A DNA stretch of 64,000 bases from an uncultured virus (IMG/VR IMGVR_UViG_3300011906_000001) (taxonomy: Duplodnaviria; Heunggongvirae; Uroviricota; Caudoviricetes). Location of the stretch: positions 124,001-188,000 of IMG/VR virus record IMGVR_UViG_3300011906_000001. The stretch is one strand, 5' to 3'. Both the position numbers and the translations under genes were made by a program. Under the pieces are notes generated by a model that saw nothing but the letters and a program-made list of their open reading frames with translations, made no database searches and was not told the DNA's origin. Positions 9,901-19,256 of the stretch are shown in pieces. How positions within the stretch are numbered: position 1 is the first letter of the stretch; the number at the start of each line of letters is the position of its first letter.

Positions 9901-10023
9901 CCCCATAAAGGAGCCCTTAATAGGGCTCCTTTATGAATCCTTTCTTTTAGCTTGTTAAAGCCAACTAATAACTACTCAAGGCCTCGATGGTGTGTTTAAA
10001 GGTTATAGTCATTTTGGAGCGGG

Positions 10024-10374
10024 ATGATGTTCGAACCACAAGGGGAGGGGTTTCATTGGACCTTCAATCCCTTTTCGAAGGGGCGATTGAAAGGGCGACT
10101 TCAATCGGTTAAAATCGGTTATTATGTGATCGAGCATGTTGCCACTGGAAAGCTGATGACTTACAGTTCTAAAAATGTCAGTGAATCGGTGGATTTGGAG
10201 CTAGGGTTCTTGTTTGATGACAAACATAGCTGTAGAAGCTTCTGTAAGCTTCTACAGGGGGATTCTGAGCTTAGAGTATACGAATACCCTACCGCATCAA
10301 TAAAAGACGCTAAAAGGCGTCTTAAGAGCCTTGAGGAAAGTATCAGTCCTTCTTATCTTTTTATGAATCCATAA
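10024..10374 (+). CDS. Degenerate GIY-YIG-like protein
   Basis: GYYVIEHVATGKLMTYSSKN. Confidence 0.45.
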   Translation: MMFEPQGEGFHWTFNPFSKGRLKGRLQSVKIGYYVIEHVATGKLMTYSSKNVSESVDLELGFLFDDKHSCRSFCKLLQGDSELRVYEYPTASIKDAKRRLKSLEESISPSYLFMNP

Positions 10375-10384
10375 GGAGAATCCA

Positions 10385-10588
10385 ATGAGTTATAAACCGG
10401 GCACTGTGGTCATTGCCTCAATGGATATTATCCAATCGGCGTTAGATGACGGACCATCAGTGACCATGGCTCACAGGGGTGATGAGCTTGTGTTAAATGA
10501 ATCCCTTGATGGGTCTGATCTGTGGATCTGCACCCATCGTAAAACCGGGATTGACGTGGTAGTAGCTGAAGCTGAATTTCACGTCTAA
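10385..10588 (+). CDS. Hypothetical protein (SH3-like)
   Basis: AAGGAG RBS; HRGDELVL...WICT pattern. Confidence 0.55.
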   Translation: MSYKPGTVVIASMDIIQSALDDGPSVTMAHRGDELVLNESLDGSDLWICTHRKTGIDVVVAEAEFHV

Positions 10589-10663
10589 TAAAACTTTTCA
10601 ATCGTTTTCACAAAAGACACTATAAGAAAAACACATGCACACAACAGTTACCGGAGACATCCC

Positions 10664-10948
10664 ATGGGTTCGATACAGACGGACTCGAAAGAAACCTCAT
10701 ATAAGGAACTTCTTTCAGAACTATTAGAATACGCTCCGGGAGGGGGTTCATTTCATCCTGATCGGTTTGATCTAACGGCTTATAAGGCTCAATGCCTTAA
10801 ACTTAAACCCCTGCATATTCAAGAACGTGTAAATGTATTGGGGCATGCTTCATCGATTGAAACCAGTTGGGGGTGGACGGATCAGCAGTGGGTGATGTAT
10901 TTCCTGAGTCCTATTAATTTAACACAAATCAGGATTCAGTTACATTAA
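10664..10948 (+). CDS. Hypothetical protein
   Basis: GGAG RBS. Confidence 0.6.
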   Translation: MGSIQTDSKETSYKELLSELLEYAPGGGSFHPDRFDLTAYKAQCLKLKPLHIQERVNVLGHASSIETSWGWTDQQWVMYFLSPINLTQIRIQLH

Positions 10949-10959
10949 GTGAGGACCGT

Positions 10960-11172
10960 ATGGTTACTAAAGTCATGAGTGCTGAAGAATTCGAACGTAC
11001 AGTGCTACGAAGGACGCGGGCCATCTTAGGCTTAAGGGGTTGTAAGGATGCAGCCTCGATGCCTATCTGCGGTAATGCCCTTGATATTGCCGCCACTCGG
11101 GGCGACTATAGCGAAGAGGCTATTGTTACCACCGCCAAGAAAGTGGCCGATGACACCCAATATTGGATATAA
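10960..11172 (+). CDS. Hypothetical protein
   Basis: GAGG RBS; terminator downstream. Confidence 0.6.
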   Translation: MVTKVMSAEEFERTVLRRTRAILGLRGCKDAASMPICGNALDIAATRGDYSEEAIVTTAKKVADDTQYWI

Positions 11173-11244
11173 CCCAATCATAAAGCCAGGGGGTGCTCCC
11201 TGGCTTTATGGCATCTTCTTATAAACCTTAAGGATTAAATAAAA

Positions 11245-11646
11245 ATGACTAATAACGCATCGCTTCGTTGGGCAATGGATGATCAAGAAGTTAATAAATT
11301 CATTGATTATTTAAAAGCCAAATTTCCGTTGCTCGATACAACAGCTTGGCCGTCGAATGATCCTTATCGGTTAATCGAACTTAAAGATGAACGAGTATGT
11401 GTCTGCATCATTCCAGATACCCTGCTTAGACACTATTACGCCGTCTCCTTTAAAAGTGTCTTTTTAAATGCTCATGCAGCTGAACTCTGTCGATTATTCG
11501 GACCTGCTGAAATTGTTATTGAACAAGAGCTGGATCGGCCTGAGCTTTACGAGGAAGTTAGCAATGAACTTATCCCTGAACGCTCAACTGAACATCCGCC
11601 TCGTATTAAAAAGAAATCGTTCTTAGATAAACTCTTCGGGCGTTAA
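11245..11646 (+). CDS. Hypothetical protein
   Basis: RBS present; ends in amphipathic KKKSFLDKLFGR. Confidence 0.65.
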   Translation: MTNNASLRWAMDDQEVNKFIDYLKAKFPLLDTTAWPSNDPYRLIELKDERVCVCIIPDTLLRHYYAVSFKSVFLNAHAAELCRLFGPAEIVIEQELDRPELYEEVSNELIPERSTEHPPRIKKKSFLDKLFGR

Positions 11647-11656
11647 GGATCAAGTT

Positions 11657-13135
11657 ATGCAGTCGCTATTAGATTCATACAGTCGCTTTATTGAAATCAG
11701 TCAATCCAATCCAGCGATGGCAGGCCTTGTAGGTGTATGGGTGGGAGCAATGATCACCTGGGCATTAAGGAGTGTTCCTCAAAGCCTGTTTAACATGGTG
11801 ATGAGTCAGATCACCTCAACCATCACCCTCACTAATGCGGGGACGGGGGGTAATGACCGACATTTTACAGCCTTTCAGGTCTGGGCAAGATCGCTTAAAG
11901 GCAGTGCCTTTACCAAACGGTATTTTATCAGCGCCCCTGATTACACCGGTAAAGCCAAGCCGGATGTAACTTCAGGCTTTGGGTTTCATTTCTTCATCTA
12001 CCGAGGGCGATTGTTTTGGTATCATAAAACCAAACTGGATTCCTCTGGCAGTGACATGGAGAAATATGAAATCACCGTCAGAGGGTTTACCAGAAGTCGT
12101 TCGTTAATCGATGAGATGATCGAAGACTTCAGGTACCGGGTGGATCGCGAAGGCACGACGGTTGTTGAATGGGAACGCTTTGGATGGGGGGATTCTTTCA
12201 ATATACCTAAGCGGGATATCAATACCGTGATTCTAAACTTAGAACTTAAGGCTAAAATCACAGAAACCATTCGCATGTTTATCAACAGTGAATCCTTTTA
12301 CAGAACACGCTCACTCCCCTATAAGCTGACCTGTATTTTAGAGGGTAAACCTGGGTGTGGTAAGTCCAGTCTCGTCAGGGCGATTGCAGGATGGTTAGGA
12401 CGGGATATCTATACCCTGAACCTGAATCTGGTTACAGATGAATCCTTAATGAAAGCCATTCGAGGGATTGAGAAGAATTCCATTTTATTGATTGAGGACT
12501 TTGATTCAACCAGTGCGGTAAATAAACGTACGGGGATTGAAACAAATCAAATCCCTGACGAAATCGTTGTTGATAAAGAGGCTTTACCACCTGTCGCTCA
12601 CACGCCTTATGGGGATTTTATTTTAAAACAAGACAATAATTCCACGTGGCTTGAGAATGTTAGTCGGACTTATGGTAATCGCCTCATGCCCGAGGGATAT
12701 TCTGACAACGTGATCAAAGCACTCATGCAAGACGAGACCCCGGACTCTAATCAATCGCCTCCTGTTAAAAGCAGCTTAAGCTTATCTGCATTTTTGAATG
12801 CCTTAGATGGGGTGGTGCCGCTGGATAACGTGATTGTCTTTATGACCACTAACGTTATTGATAACATCGATCCTGCTTTACTTCGTAAAGGGCGGGTTGA
12901 TCACATCTTTAATATTCCATACCTGGAAGATGAAGAGGTGATTACCTACATCGAGACGATGTGTCCAGGGTATAGTTATCCGATCGATCGACGTTTTAAA
13001 CCTATTGCAGGATGTGATCTTCAAGCACTCTATCTTGAGCACAAACATGATCCTGCATTGTTTATTGATTCGATTCCGTATGATCGGATTGATGAGAAAG
13101 AATTGCCTAAACTGCACATGTACCCAGTGGCTTAA
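11657..13135 (+). CDS. BCS1-like membrane-anchored AAA+ ATPase
   Basis: N-terminal TM helix, Walker A GKPGCGKS, Walker B LLIEDFD, LSAFLNALDGV, and SRH MTTN..IDPALLRKGRVD. Confidence 0.88.
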   Translation: MQSLLDSYSRFIEISQSNPAMAGLVGVWVGAMITWALRSVPQSLFNMVMSQITSTITLTNAGTGGNDRHFTAFQVWARSLKGSAFTKRYFISAPDYTGKAKPDVTSGFGFHFFIYRGRLFWYHKTKLDSSGSDMEKYEITVRGFTRSRSLIDEMIEDFRYRVDREGTTVVEWERFGWGDSFNIPKRDINTVILNLELKAKITETIRMFINSESFYRTRSLPYKLTCILEGKPGCGKSSLVRAIAGWLGRDIYTLNLNLVTDESLMKAIRGIEKNSILLIEDFDSTSAVNKRTGIETNQIPDEIVVDKEALPPVAHTPYGDFILKQDNNSTWLENVSRTYGNRLMPEGYSDNVIKALMQDETPDSNQSPPVKSSLSLSAFLNALDGVVPLDNVIVFMTTNVIDNIDPALLRKGRVDHIFNIPYLEDEEVITYIETMCPGYSYPIDRRFKPIAGCDLQALYLEHKHDPALFIDSIPYDRIDEKELPKLHMYPVA

Positions 13136-13192
13136 GCTAACCTTATGAAAGGCCTGAGATTCCCTTAGGCCTACAACCAAAGCTTTTGTTAT

Positions 13193-13546
13193 ATGAAACC
13201 TTCAGTCACTGACGTATTAAAGAAGTATATGGCTGATTTTAGTTCAAATACTTCTGTCCCTCAAAAGACCAAAGCGATTTATGCATTTGTAGCGCTTAAT
13301 AATCAAAAAGTGTGGGTGGGTACAACGGGTAATGCCACCAAACGGCTTCAGCTTAAAAACACCTACGACAATCGGATTAATAACCGGGCTCAGTTTCCTG
13401 ATGGTTTTATCCCCTACATCACTAAAGATGAGGAAATCAGGTTCTTCGTTGATCGGCGCTACAGCGCTGAGCGGTTAACCGAAATTAAAGATGCGCTTGC
13501 CGAACATGGTTACCTAATCAATAAAGGCAGGCGATTACACCGATAA
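13193..13546 (+). CDS. GIY-YIG-like protein
   Basis: AIYAFVALNNQKVWVGTTGNATKRL. Confidence 0.5.
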   Translation: MKPSVTDVLKKYMADFSSNTSVPQKTKAIYAFVALNNQKVWVGTTGNATKRLQLKNTYDNRINNRAQFPDGFIPYITKDEEIRFFVDRRYSAERLTEIKDALAEHGYLINKGRRLHR

Positions 13547-13560
13547 GGATAAATTCCAAC

Positions 13561-14475
13561 ATGAAGTGTCTTTACCATAAAAACTGCTTTGATGGCTTAG
13601 GTGCAGCGTTATTGGTTGATCTTAAATTCTCAGGCGTTGAGTTGATTGCTGTTCAATATGGCGATGAGCCTCCAGTAGTTGAATCACATGAGACAGTTTA
13701 CATTGTAGACTTCTCTTACGATCCACAGACGTTGGTGGATCTGGCGAATAAGGCTGGAGAGGTGATTGTGCTTGATCATCACCATACTGCGATCGAGAAA
13801 TGCCTCGCGTATTTTAAGACCCATGACAAACCCCATAACCTGACGCTTGTGTTTGATTATGATCGTTCAGGAGCCGGTTTAGTCTGGGATGTACTCTTTA
13901 GCACTGATGAGAAAAAACAGTGGATAGAACACACTTCATGCTGGAAGCCTTGTCAGGTCTCTGATCTAAGGCCTATCTGGATCGATCATGTGCAGAACAG
14001 GGACCTGTGGCGTTTTAACCATCCAAACCCTGAACGCTTCCCAGACCTTGGAGATACCTTGGCTTTTATGGAACGTTTGAGTTTTGAAGGGATGGATGTT
14101 AAGGCGTGGCGGGAGGCATTGAAAGCGGACTATATGCCCTTTGTTAATGAAGGGTATATTCTGTTTAATTACAAAAGGAACCTGGCTAAAAAGCACATTC
14201 CTGAAAAGCCTTCTTTATTTGAAGAAGGGGATTATAAAGGGGTGTGGTTAAACGTTCCTTACTATTTAGCCTCAGATGTAGGGAACCTTCTTAAAGACCA
14301 GTTTGATTTTATCGCCATGTACCATGATACAGGCCTTGAACGCACCGTCAGTCTAAGGTCTCGTCCAGGCGTTGATGTCAGTAAGTTTGCTAAACGCATG
14401 GGGGGTGGCGGCCACGTCAATGCGGCGGGTTTTAAAACCACTGTGTCCTGGACCCCTTTTGATCAAACGGAATAA
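13561..14475 (+). CDS. DHH/DHHA1 phosphoesterase
   Basis: YHKNCFDG, IVDFS, LDHH, VSLRS and GGGGHVNAAGF motifs. Confidence 0.92.
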   Translation: MKCLYHKNCFDGLGAALLVDLKFSGVELIAVQYGDEPPVVESHETVYIVDFSYDPQTLVDLANKAGEVIVLDHHHTAIEKCLAYFKTHDKPHNLTLVFDYDRSGAGLVWDVLFSTDEKKQWIEHTSCWKPCQVSDLRPIWIDHVQNRDLWRFNHPNPERFPDLGDTLAFMERLSFEGMDVKAWREALKADYMPFVNEGYILFNYKRNLAKKHIPEKPSLFEEGDYKGVWLNVPYYLASDVGNLLKDQFDFIAMYHDTGLERTVSLRSRPGVDVSKFAKRMGGGGHVNAAGFKTTVSWTPFDQTE

Positions 14476-14479
14476 ATCT

Positions 14480-14866
14480 ATGCTCAGTCAACTCATTGTG
14501 GTGGATTTTACCAAAGGGACCTTCCCTGTGGTGTATGATGAGTTGACCCGAGCCTATGATCGGGTGGTCTCGTTTTGTCACATTGAAACCCATGAAGCCT
14601 TTGAGCTTCATTTGTTTAACTATGACAAGAGTTACACGGCAAAGCCTGACATCCGGTTGGTGTTTATTTTAGACCATGAACCTGTAAAGGATGAGCCCCC
14701 CAATCCTTTAGTGAGTGTAATTGATAAAGCCTATAGAGACGCTTTATCAGTGAAGTTGTTTATGGTCACCCATTCAGAACAATATACACATTGTCAATAT
14801 CAGTGCGAGAATCCCCCTGAGAGCTATCCTGTTGATTTTAAGTTTCTAGAGGGAATAATCACTTAA
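14480..14866 (+). CDS. Hypothetical protein
   Basis: Likely start is the ATG at 14480, just after the DHH stop. Confidence 0.55.
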   Translation: MLSQLIVVDFTKGTFPVVYDELTRAYDRVVSFCHIETHEAFELHLFNYDKSYTAKPDIRLVFILDHEPVKDEPPNPLVSVIDKAYRDALSVKLFMVTHSEQYTHCQYQCENPPESYPVDFKFLEGIIT

Positions 14867-14877
14867 TGTGTATATTC

Positions 14878-15100
14878 TATGAAGAATTTCCGTTCTTTAA
14901 CAATTTAGCACGTAACGGCCACGTTCGAGTCGATGGCAACCTAAAGGGAATCTTCTGATTCTACTAAAAAGTATTAAAGCGTACACAGAAAAGCAGCCAT
15001 GCGTAGACTTACGCACATCCCAGATTAGGCTGGCTCAATGGGGTGCGCTTAACATACTTAACTGTTTAAATAAAGTTCCCTCCCTTAAATGGGAGGGCTT
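14878..15100 (+). ncRNA. Candidate structured ncRNA
   Basis: No ORF; nested stems, a T-loop hairpin, TATG at the 5' end and a hairpin terminator at the 3' end. Confidence 0.5.
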
Positions 15101-15129
15101 TATTCCGTCTCCTTAAAACCCAACTTAGG

Positions 15130-15426
15130 ATGATAACCATGGACACTCAAGATACCCCTGTAAACGTAGAGGACAATCAGATCGCCCCGGCCATGGCGGT
15201 GGTGACCGAAGCCCTTCGCACTGATCATGCGTATGCATGGGGGTGGCATTGCAATATTGCCATGTCGATGCGTGATGAAGGCGTTGATTGCATGGTCGCT
15301 CAACGCGGTGCTGCACGCTTCCTTCAGATCCTCACCACGAGCGAAGGGGTTCGTGGGATTGACACCACCACCTTCGATGAATACAAGGCTCTTGAGAATG
15401 CCTATAACGAGGATAAAGACCTGTGA
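15130..15426 (+). CDS. Hypothetical phage protein
   Basis: YAWGWHCNIAMSMRDEG motif; RBS present. Confidence 0.7.
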   Translation: MITMDTQDTPVNVEDNQIAPAMAVVTEALRTDHAYAWGWHCNIAMSMRDEGVDCMVAQRGAARFLQILTTSEGVRGIDTTTFDEYKALENAYNEDKDL

Positions 15427-15686
15427 AGTCATTCATTGAGAAAGTTGTCGAGGAACGCAACAAGGCCTTTGAAGCCTTGAGCGAAGATAGACGTTTCGAT
15501 GCCTTGATCACGCGTGAACAGGCTCAGGATGTGATTGATTCAAACATCGGGCAGTTATTGAACATCCTGTCTAATGGGAATTACACCCTCGTCGAATTAG
15601 TAGGCGAGGATGATGACGGTGAACCCATTGATGTGGAGATCACTCAGAATCTATCGGGTGAATTCTTCAACGCTATTAATAACTAA
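15423..15686 (+). CDS. Hypothetical protein (LxxxFxxIN family member)
   Basis: GTGA start/stop overlap with the upstream gene; ends QNLSGEFFNAINN. Confidence 0.65.
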   Translation: MKSFIEKVVEERNKAFEALSEDRRFDALITREQAQDVIDSNIGQLLNILSNGNYTLVELVGEDDDGEPIDVEITQNLSGEFFNAINN

Positions 15687-15731
15687 TTGTCATAATCCCC
15701 TCCCTTAACTGGGAGGGGGTTTATTTAAGGA

Positions 15732-16238
15732 ATGGATGTGACTGATCTTAAAGATGCCAATCCCTCGGATCGAAAACCGACCGAATCACTCAATGGTGAA
15801 AGTGCTTATAGCCTTTCGCTTGAAGAGCGAGTAGCCCTGGTGCGCAGAGCAGCGGCTAGACGCACAGCCGTGTTTATGGAGCGTTGCTGGATTGAAAAGG
15901 ATGCCGAGGGGTTCACGGGATGGCGTTGGGAGAAGTACAACAAACCCCTTCAGATTGTAGCTGCGGCTAACCGTTATGGCGATATGGTCATTGTAGGGTC
16001 ACGCCATTACTGCGTCAGCATGAACGCTCAGATTGACCTGATTGGCCTTGATGCCTTGCGTGCGTATGCGGCTCTATTTGACAGTCCTGAAGAATATGGA
16101 TACCAACAAGGTTTCATTGACCAATACGGCAAGTTTCATGACCGTAAGCAAGCATTAGCCATTGCCCTTGAAAATGGCCAGGTGAAGAAGGAAGACCTTC
16201 ATACAGGCAATGACCTGTACAGTGAGGATCTCTGGTAA
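15732..16238 (+). CDS. Conserved phage hypothetical protein
   Basis: IVAAANRY..GSRH..QGFIDQYGKFHDRKQA..LYSEDLW pattern. Confidence 0.75.
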   Translation: MDVTDLKDANPSDRKPTESLNGESAYSLSLEERVALVRRAAARRTAVFMERCWIEKDAEGFTGWRWEKYNKPLQIVAAANRYGDMVIVGSRHYCVSMNAQIDLIGLDALRAYAALFDSPEEYGYQQGFIDQYGKFHDRKQALAIALENGQVKKEDLHTGNDLYSEDLW

Positions 16239-16249
16239 CGAGGGACATT

Positions 16250-16477
16250 ATGAATTATGCAATTGAACAACGTCTGCGTCTGATCGACTTTCTGTTCGAT
16301 CATTACGGGTATGTTCGGCGTGAGATGATTATGGATTACTATGGCGTTTCCATTGCTCAAGTCTCACTGGATTTTAAACGCTATCAGGAACTGGCACCTG
16401 ATAACCTTAAATATAACACCAGTGCTAAATACTGGGAACGCACCCAAGCGTTTGTACGAGTTTATAAACCTGAGTAA
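16250..16477 (+). CDS. Stand-alone wHTH resembling the N-terminus of CapW/BrxR WYL repressors
   Basis: EQRLRLIDF..GYVRREMIMDYYGVSIAQVSLDFKRYQELAPDNLKYNTSAKY; no WYL or WCX domain. Confidence 0.75.
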   Translation: MNYAIEQRLRLIDFLFDHYGYVRREMIMDYYGVSIAQVSLDFKRYQELAPDNLKYNTSAKYWERTQAFVRVYKPE

Positions 16478-16586
16478 GTCCTTGCCTATTGGCATTATAA
16501 ATCCCCTCCTTAATTGGAGGGGATTTATGTTCTTTTTTCTTTTGTCTTCTTAAAACCTAAGACGGTATTGAGGATGAGTCCCTCGT

Positions 16587-17504
16587 TTAGCGGACCGACG
16601 CATCGATATACATGGCCAGGGCTTTAATGACTTTAGCCAGGTATTTAAATTCGTTGTACACCTGCGTCATCCCACCCAACTGCATGGTGTTGAAGATGCG
16701 ATGGAGTTCAGCATTAAGGCCTGTGGCATCAGTCACCTCTACATCCGCTTCAGTTTCAATAATCAGGTAATCAAGCTTTTTATAGCAGGGATGCTTATAG
16801 ATGCTTTCAAGGTACTGGTTAAACCCATCAAAGGCCTCTCCAATGTCCATCATCGCTTCAGCAGCTTTAACCACCTCAGCTTGGCTCATCGCTGGAATAC
16901 TGGAGGTGCGAGATGGCTTAAGCGTAATAGTGAGGTCGGTAAGCTCAGCACCCCCTAAGGCGATGGCATGCTTGTAGGTAAAATCAGGGTAGTCCATTCG
17001 ACTTAAGATGCGCTCAAGCCTGAAGGCATCGGTGTAGTTAAGCATCCCTGGGTTTAAGTTCTTAACCAACGGATAGATGTCGTTGTACCAACCAATCGTC
17101 TTAGTCTTATAGAACGTCTGGATGGTGTCCATGGTTTCAAGCATGGTATTGATGCGTTCAAACAGATTGCCATCCCACACGCCATTCAGGCTTAAGGGTT
17201 CTACAAACTTAATGGCCTGAACATTGCCATGGACAAACTTACGCCGATTAATCCAATTAGGATCAAGGTAGGTGGTTTGAAGGGTTTTACGCAAAACGCT
17301 CATGCGATCAAACCAACCGCCTGACATGTTACTAACCGAAGGCTTGCCACTGAAGAAATAGTTTTTAATCGAATCAATAAATTCAGAAATCCCTTCTTGA
17401 GAGACGGCTTCATCCATAAACAAGGTGTTTACATACGCCTCTAAACCGACTTTACAATCGGTGTTTTTATCAAGGTGTTTGGTCAAAAAAGTGTTGATAT
17501 CCAT
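16587..17504 (-). CDS. Virion head protein (phiKZ internal-head paralog family)
   Basis: GLE and SQE processing-type motifs, TYLDPNWI motif, C-terminus YIDASVR. Confidence 0.65.
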   Translation of the reverse strand: MDINTFLTKHLDKNTDCKVGLEAYVNTLFMDEAVSQEGISEFIDSIKNYFFSGKPSVSNMSGGWFDRMSVLRKTLQTTYLDPNWINRRKFVHGNVQAIKFVEPLSLNGVWDGNLFERINTMLETMDTIQTFYKTKTIGWYNDIYPLVKNLNPGMLNYTDAFRLERILSRMDYPDFTYKHAIALGGAELTDLTITLKPSRTSSIPAMSQAEVVKAAEAMMDIGEAFDGFNQYLESIYKHPCYKKLDYLIIETEADVEVTDATGLNAELHRIFNTMQLGGMTQVYNEFKYLAKVIKALAMYIDASVR

Positions 17505-17577
17505 GGGATTTCCTGATGTTGAAGGTAAAACTTAAAATCATACAATAGTCCTCTTTTAGTCGATTGCATTTATTTTT

Positions 17578-17590
17578 AAATCTATATACT
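17578..17590 (+). promoter_or_regulatory. Putative early promoter
   Basis: AAATCTATATACT, a variant of TATATTAC, at the head of a + strand cluster. Confidence 0.5.
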
Positions 17591-17649
17591 CTTTGTGAAT
17601 AAAGGCTCACAAATCCAGAGTCTTAACCTAACTTAAGAGTATATATCCC

Positions 17650-17817
17650 ATGTTCAATATGTTTAAGAAATCCGATCGCCGTGCCCTTAAAGAAGAAATC
17701 GCTAAACGCACCTACCTGATGCGCAAAGCCATGGCTCGTTATGGCATAAACAGCAGTCAAGCCCGTGAGTTTGATAAGCAGATTAACGAGCTTGAATTTA
17801 AACTTCAGATGGCTTAA
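17650..17817 (+). CDS. Small early protein (55 aa, not in the ORF track)
   Basis: MFNMFKKSDRRALKEEIAKR...LEFKLQMA; fills the gap after the promoter. Confidence 0.6.
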   Translation: MFNMFKKSDRRALKEEIAKRTYLMRKAMARYGINSSQAREFDKQINELEFKLQMA

Positions 17818-17845
17818 GCCACAATCTTTAACTGGAGAATAGACC

Positions 17846-18097
17846 ATGTCCATTGAGAACCCAAAGATCTTGATTGCTGAATTTAAAATGCCAGCCTTTC
17901 CTGATCACACCGTGTCTATCTTTCGAATCGAAACCCAAGGCAAGCTTGGCATTAAAACCCGTTATGAGCTTGAGGAGCGGGAAGGTCGCATCGTGGTCTC
18001 GTGCAGTGATGCTGACCTTAATTTGATTTGGACTAAGTTCCAAAGCTGGATCGACCGCCAATACAATCGCAGTGTCACAAACAACGATGAAAAATAA
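17846..18097 (+). CDS. Hypothetical protein
   Basis: GGAG RBS. Confidence 0.65.
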   Translation: MSIENPKILIAEFKMPAFPDHTVSIFRIETQGKLGIKTRYELEEREGRIVVSCSDADLNLIWTKFQSWIDRQYNRSVTNNDEK

Positions 18098-18157
18098 GGC
18101 GTGGGGAGAATAACCCACCCTTAAATAACACTTATAAACCTACGTGGAGCAAGACCC

Positions 18158-18493
18158 ATGAACATTAATAACGTCATGACCTTTGATCAATACGAAGCTC
18201 AAATGAAAGCCATTGGGGCGCAAGCTCAATGTATCATTGCCCAGCTTGAAGAGAAAGATCAGTTGATCAGACAAGCCATGCCTGTGATCGATGAGATGTT
18301 CAACATGGTGGTGTTTTACATCGTGGTTCGACAGATCCATTTTGCTAAAGCCGGGCTTAAGCTGATCTGTGAAGTGATAGAGCAATTTGAGAATGAGATT
18401 GAATCAGTTAAAGCCCTTAACTGCAAGATCAAATTCTTAGATCAGCAAAAAGATAAAGTCCATAATCAATGGAAGAGTCGACTGTTTCGTTGA
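18158..18493 (+). CDS. Hypothetical coiled-coil protein
   Basis: GGAG RBS. Confidence 0.65.
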   Translation: MNINNVMTFDQYEAQMKAIGAQAQCIIAQLEEKDQLIRQAMPVIDEMFNMVVFYIVVRQIHFAKAGLKLICEVIEQFENEIESVKALNCKIKFLDQQKDKVHNQWKSRLFR

Positions 18494-18586
18494 TGCTGAT
18501 TTAAAACATAAGCCCTCCCTAAGGAGGGTTTTATGCAGTTTTCTTTTTCTCGTGATTATATAGCCTACCCACGATGGATATCACTA

Positions 18587-19237
18587 ATGAAGCTTTACCA
18601 TTACTCCAAGGAACGCCACTCTACCCTACTAACCAAACGTGCAGCCAGTGGTGATCGGAATCCTTCTAAATTTGATGGGTTTAAGGAGACCTACAATGAC
18701 CATATCTCCTTTTTCTTTGACCCCATCCCATCGAAGACTGTCGGTCGTCTCTTCGGCAAAGAACATGCTGTATGGTTTCCAGGTAATGTTCTTTACGAAT
18801 ATGTCATTGATACCAATCAGTTTGAGAATGACATATTCTACCATGTAGTTGAGAGTGCTAAGAAAACAGCCTACCTTGATGAATTTTCCATAACTCACGA
18901 TTGGGTAGAGGATAACCCCGCCACATTAGCCTTGTGGAAAAAAGAAATCCTAGAACGCTCCATTAAATGGGGTGAGATAGGTAAGAGCTTAGCGGGTCTT
19001 AACCATCAAATTAAGTTACATCTTGGTACCACTGAGGCGGCGTATTTGAATGCATTCAAAAGGGATGATTGGGAGGATGGTAAACACCGCTATGCATCGA
19101 ATGTACCCCACCTGATGATCTACCCGCGTCGGGGAGAAGTCATATATGAGAAGATTAGCCGATTGGTAATTGGTAACGACCGACGTGTAGGCGTAGCGCC
19201 GTTCGATCCCTTACCGTCGAAATTGTTGAGTTGGTAA
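18587..19237 (+). CDS. Hypothetical protein (possible ADP-ribosyltransferase-like fold)
   Basis: Starts MKLYHYS; HISFFFDPIP and LYEYVID motifs. Confidence 0.55.
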   Translation: MKLYHYSKERHSTLLTKRAASGDRNPSKFDGFKETYNDHISFFFDPIPSKTVGRLFGKEHAVWFPGNVLYEYVIDTNQFENDIFYHVVESAKKTAYLDEFSITHDWVEDNPATLALWKKEILERSIKWGEIGKSLAGLNHQIKLHLGTTEAAYLNAFKRDDWEDGKHRYASNVPHLMIYPRRGEVIYEKISRLVIGNDRRVGVAPFDPLPSKLLSW

Positions 19238-19256
19238 GTGGGATATTGATTGTAGG

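Noticed and set aside
14915..14940. GTTCGAGTC as part of a tRNA gene
   Set aside because: No acceptor, D or anticodon arms at the right spacing and no CCA end; kept only as a T-loop in the ncRNA candidate.
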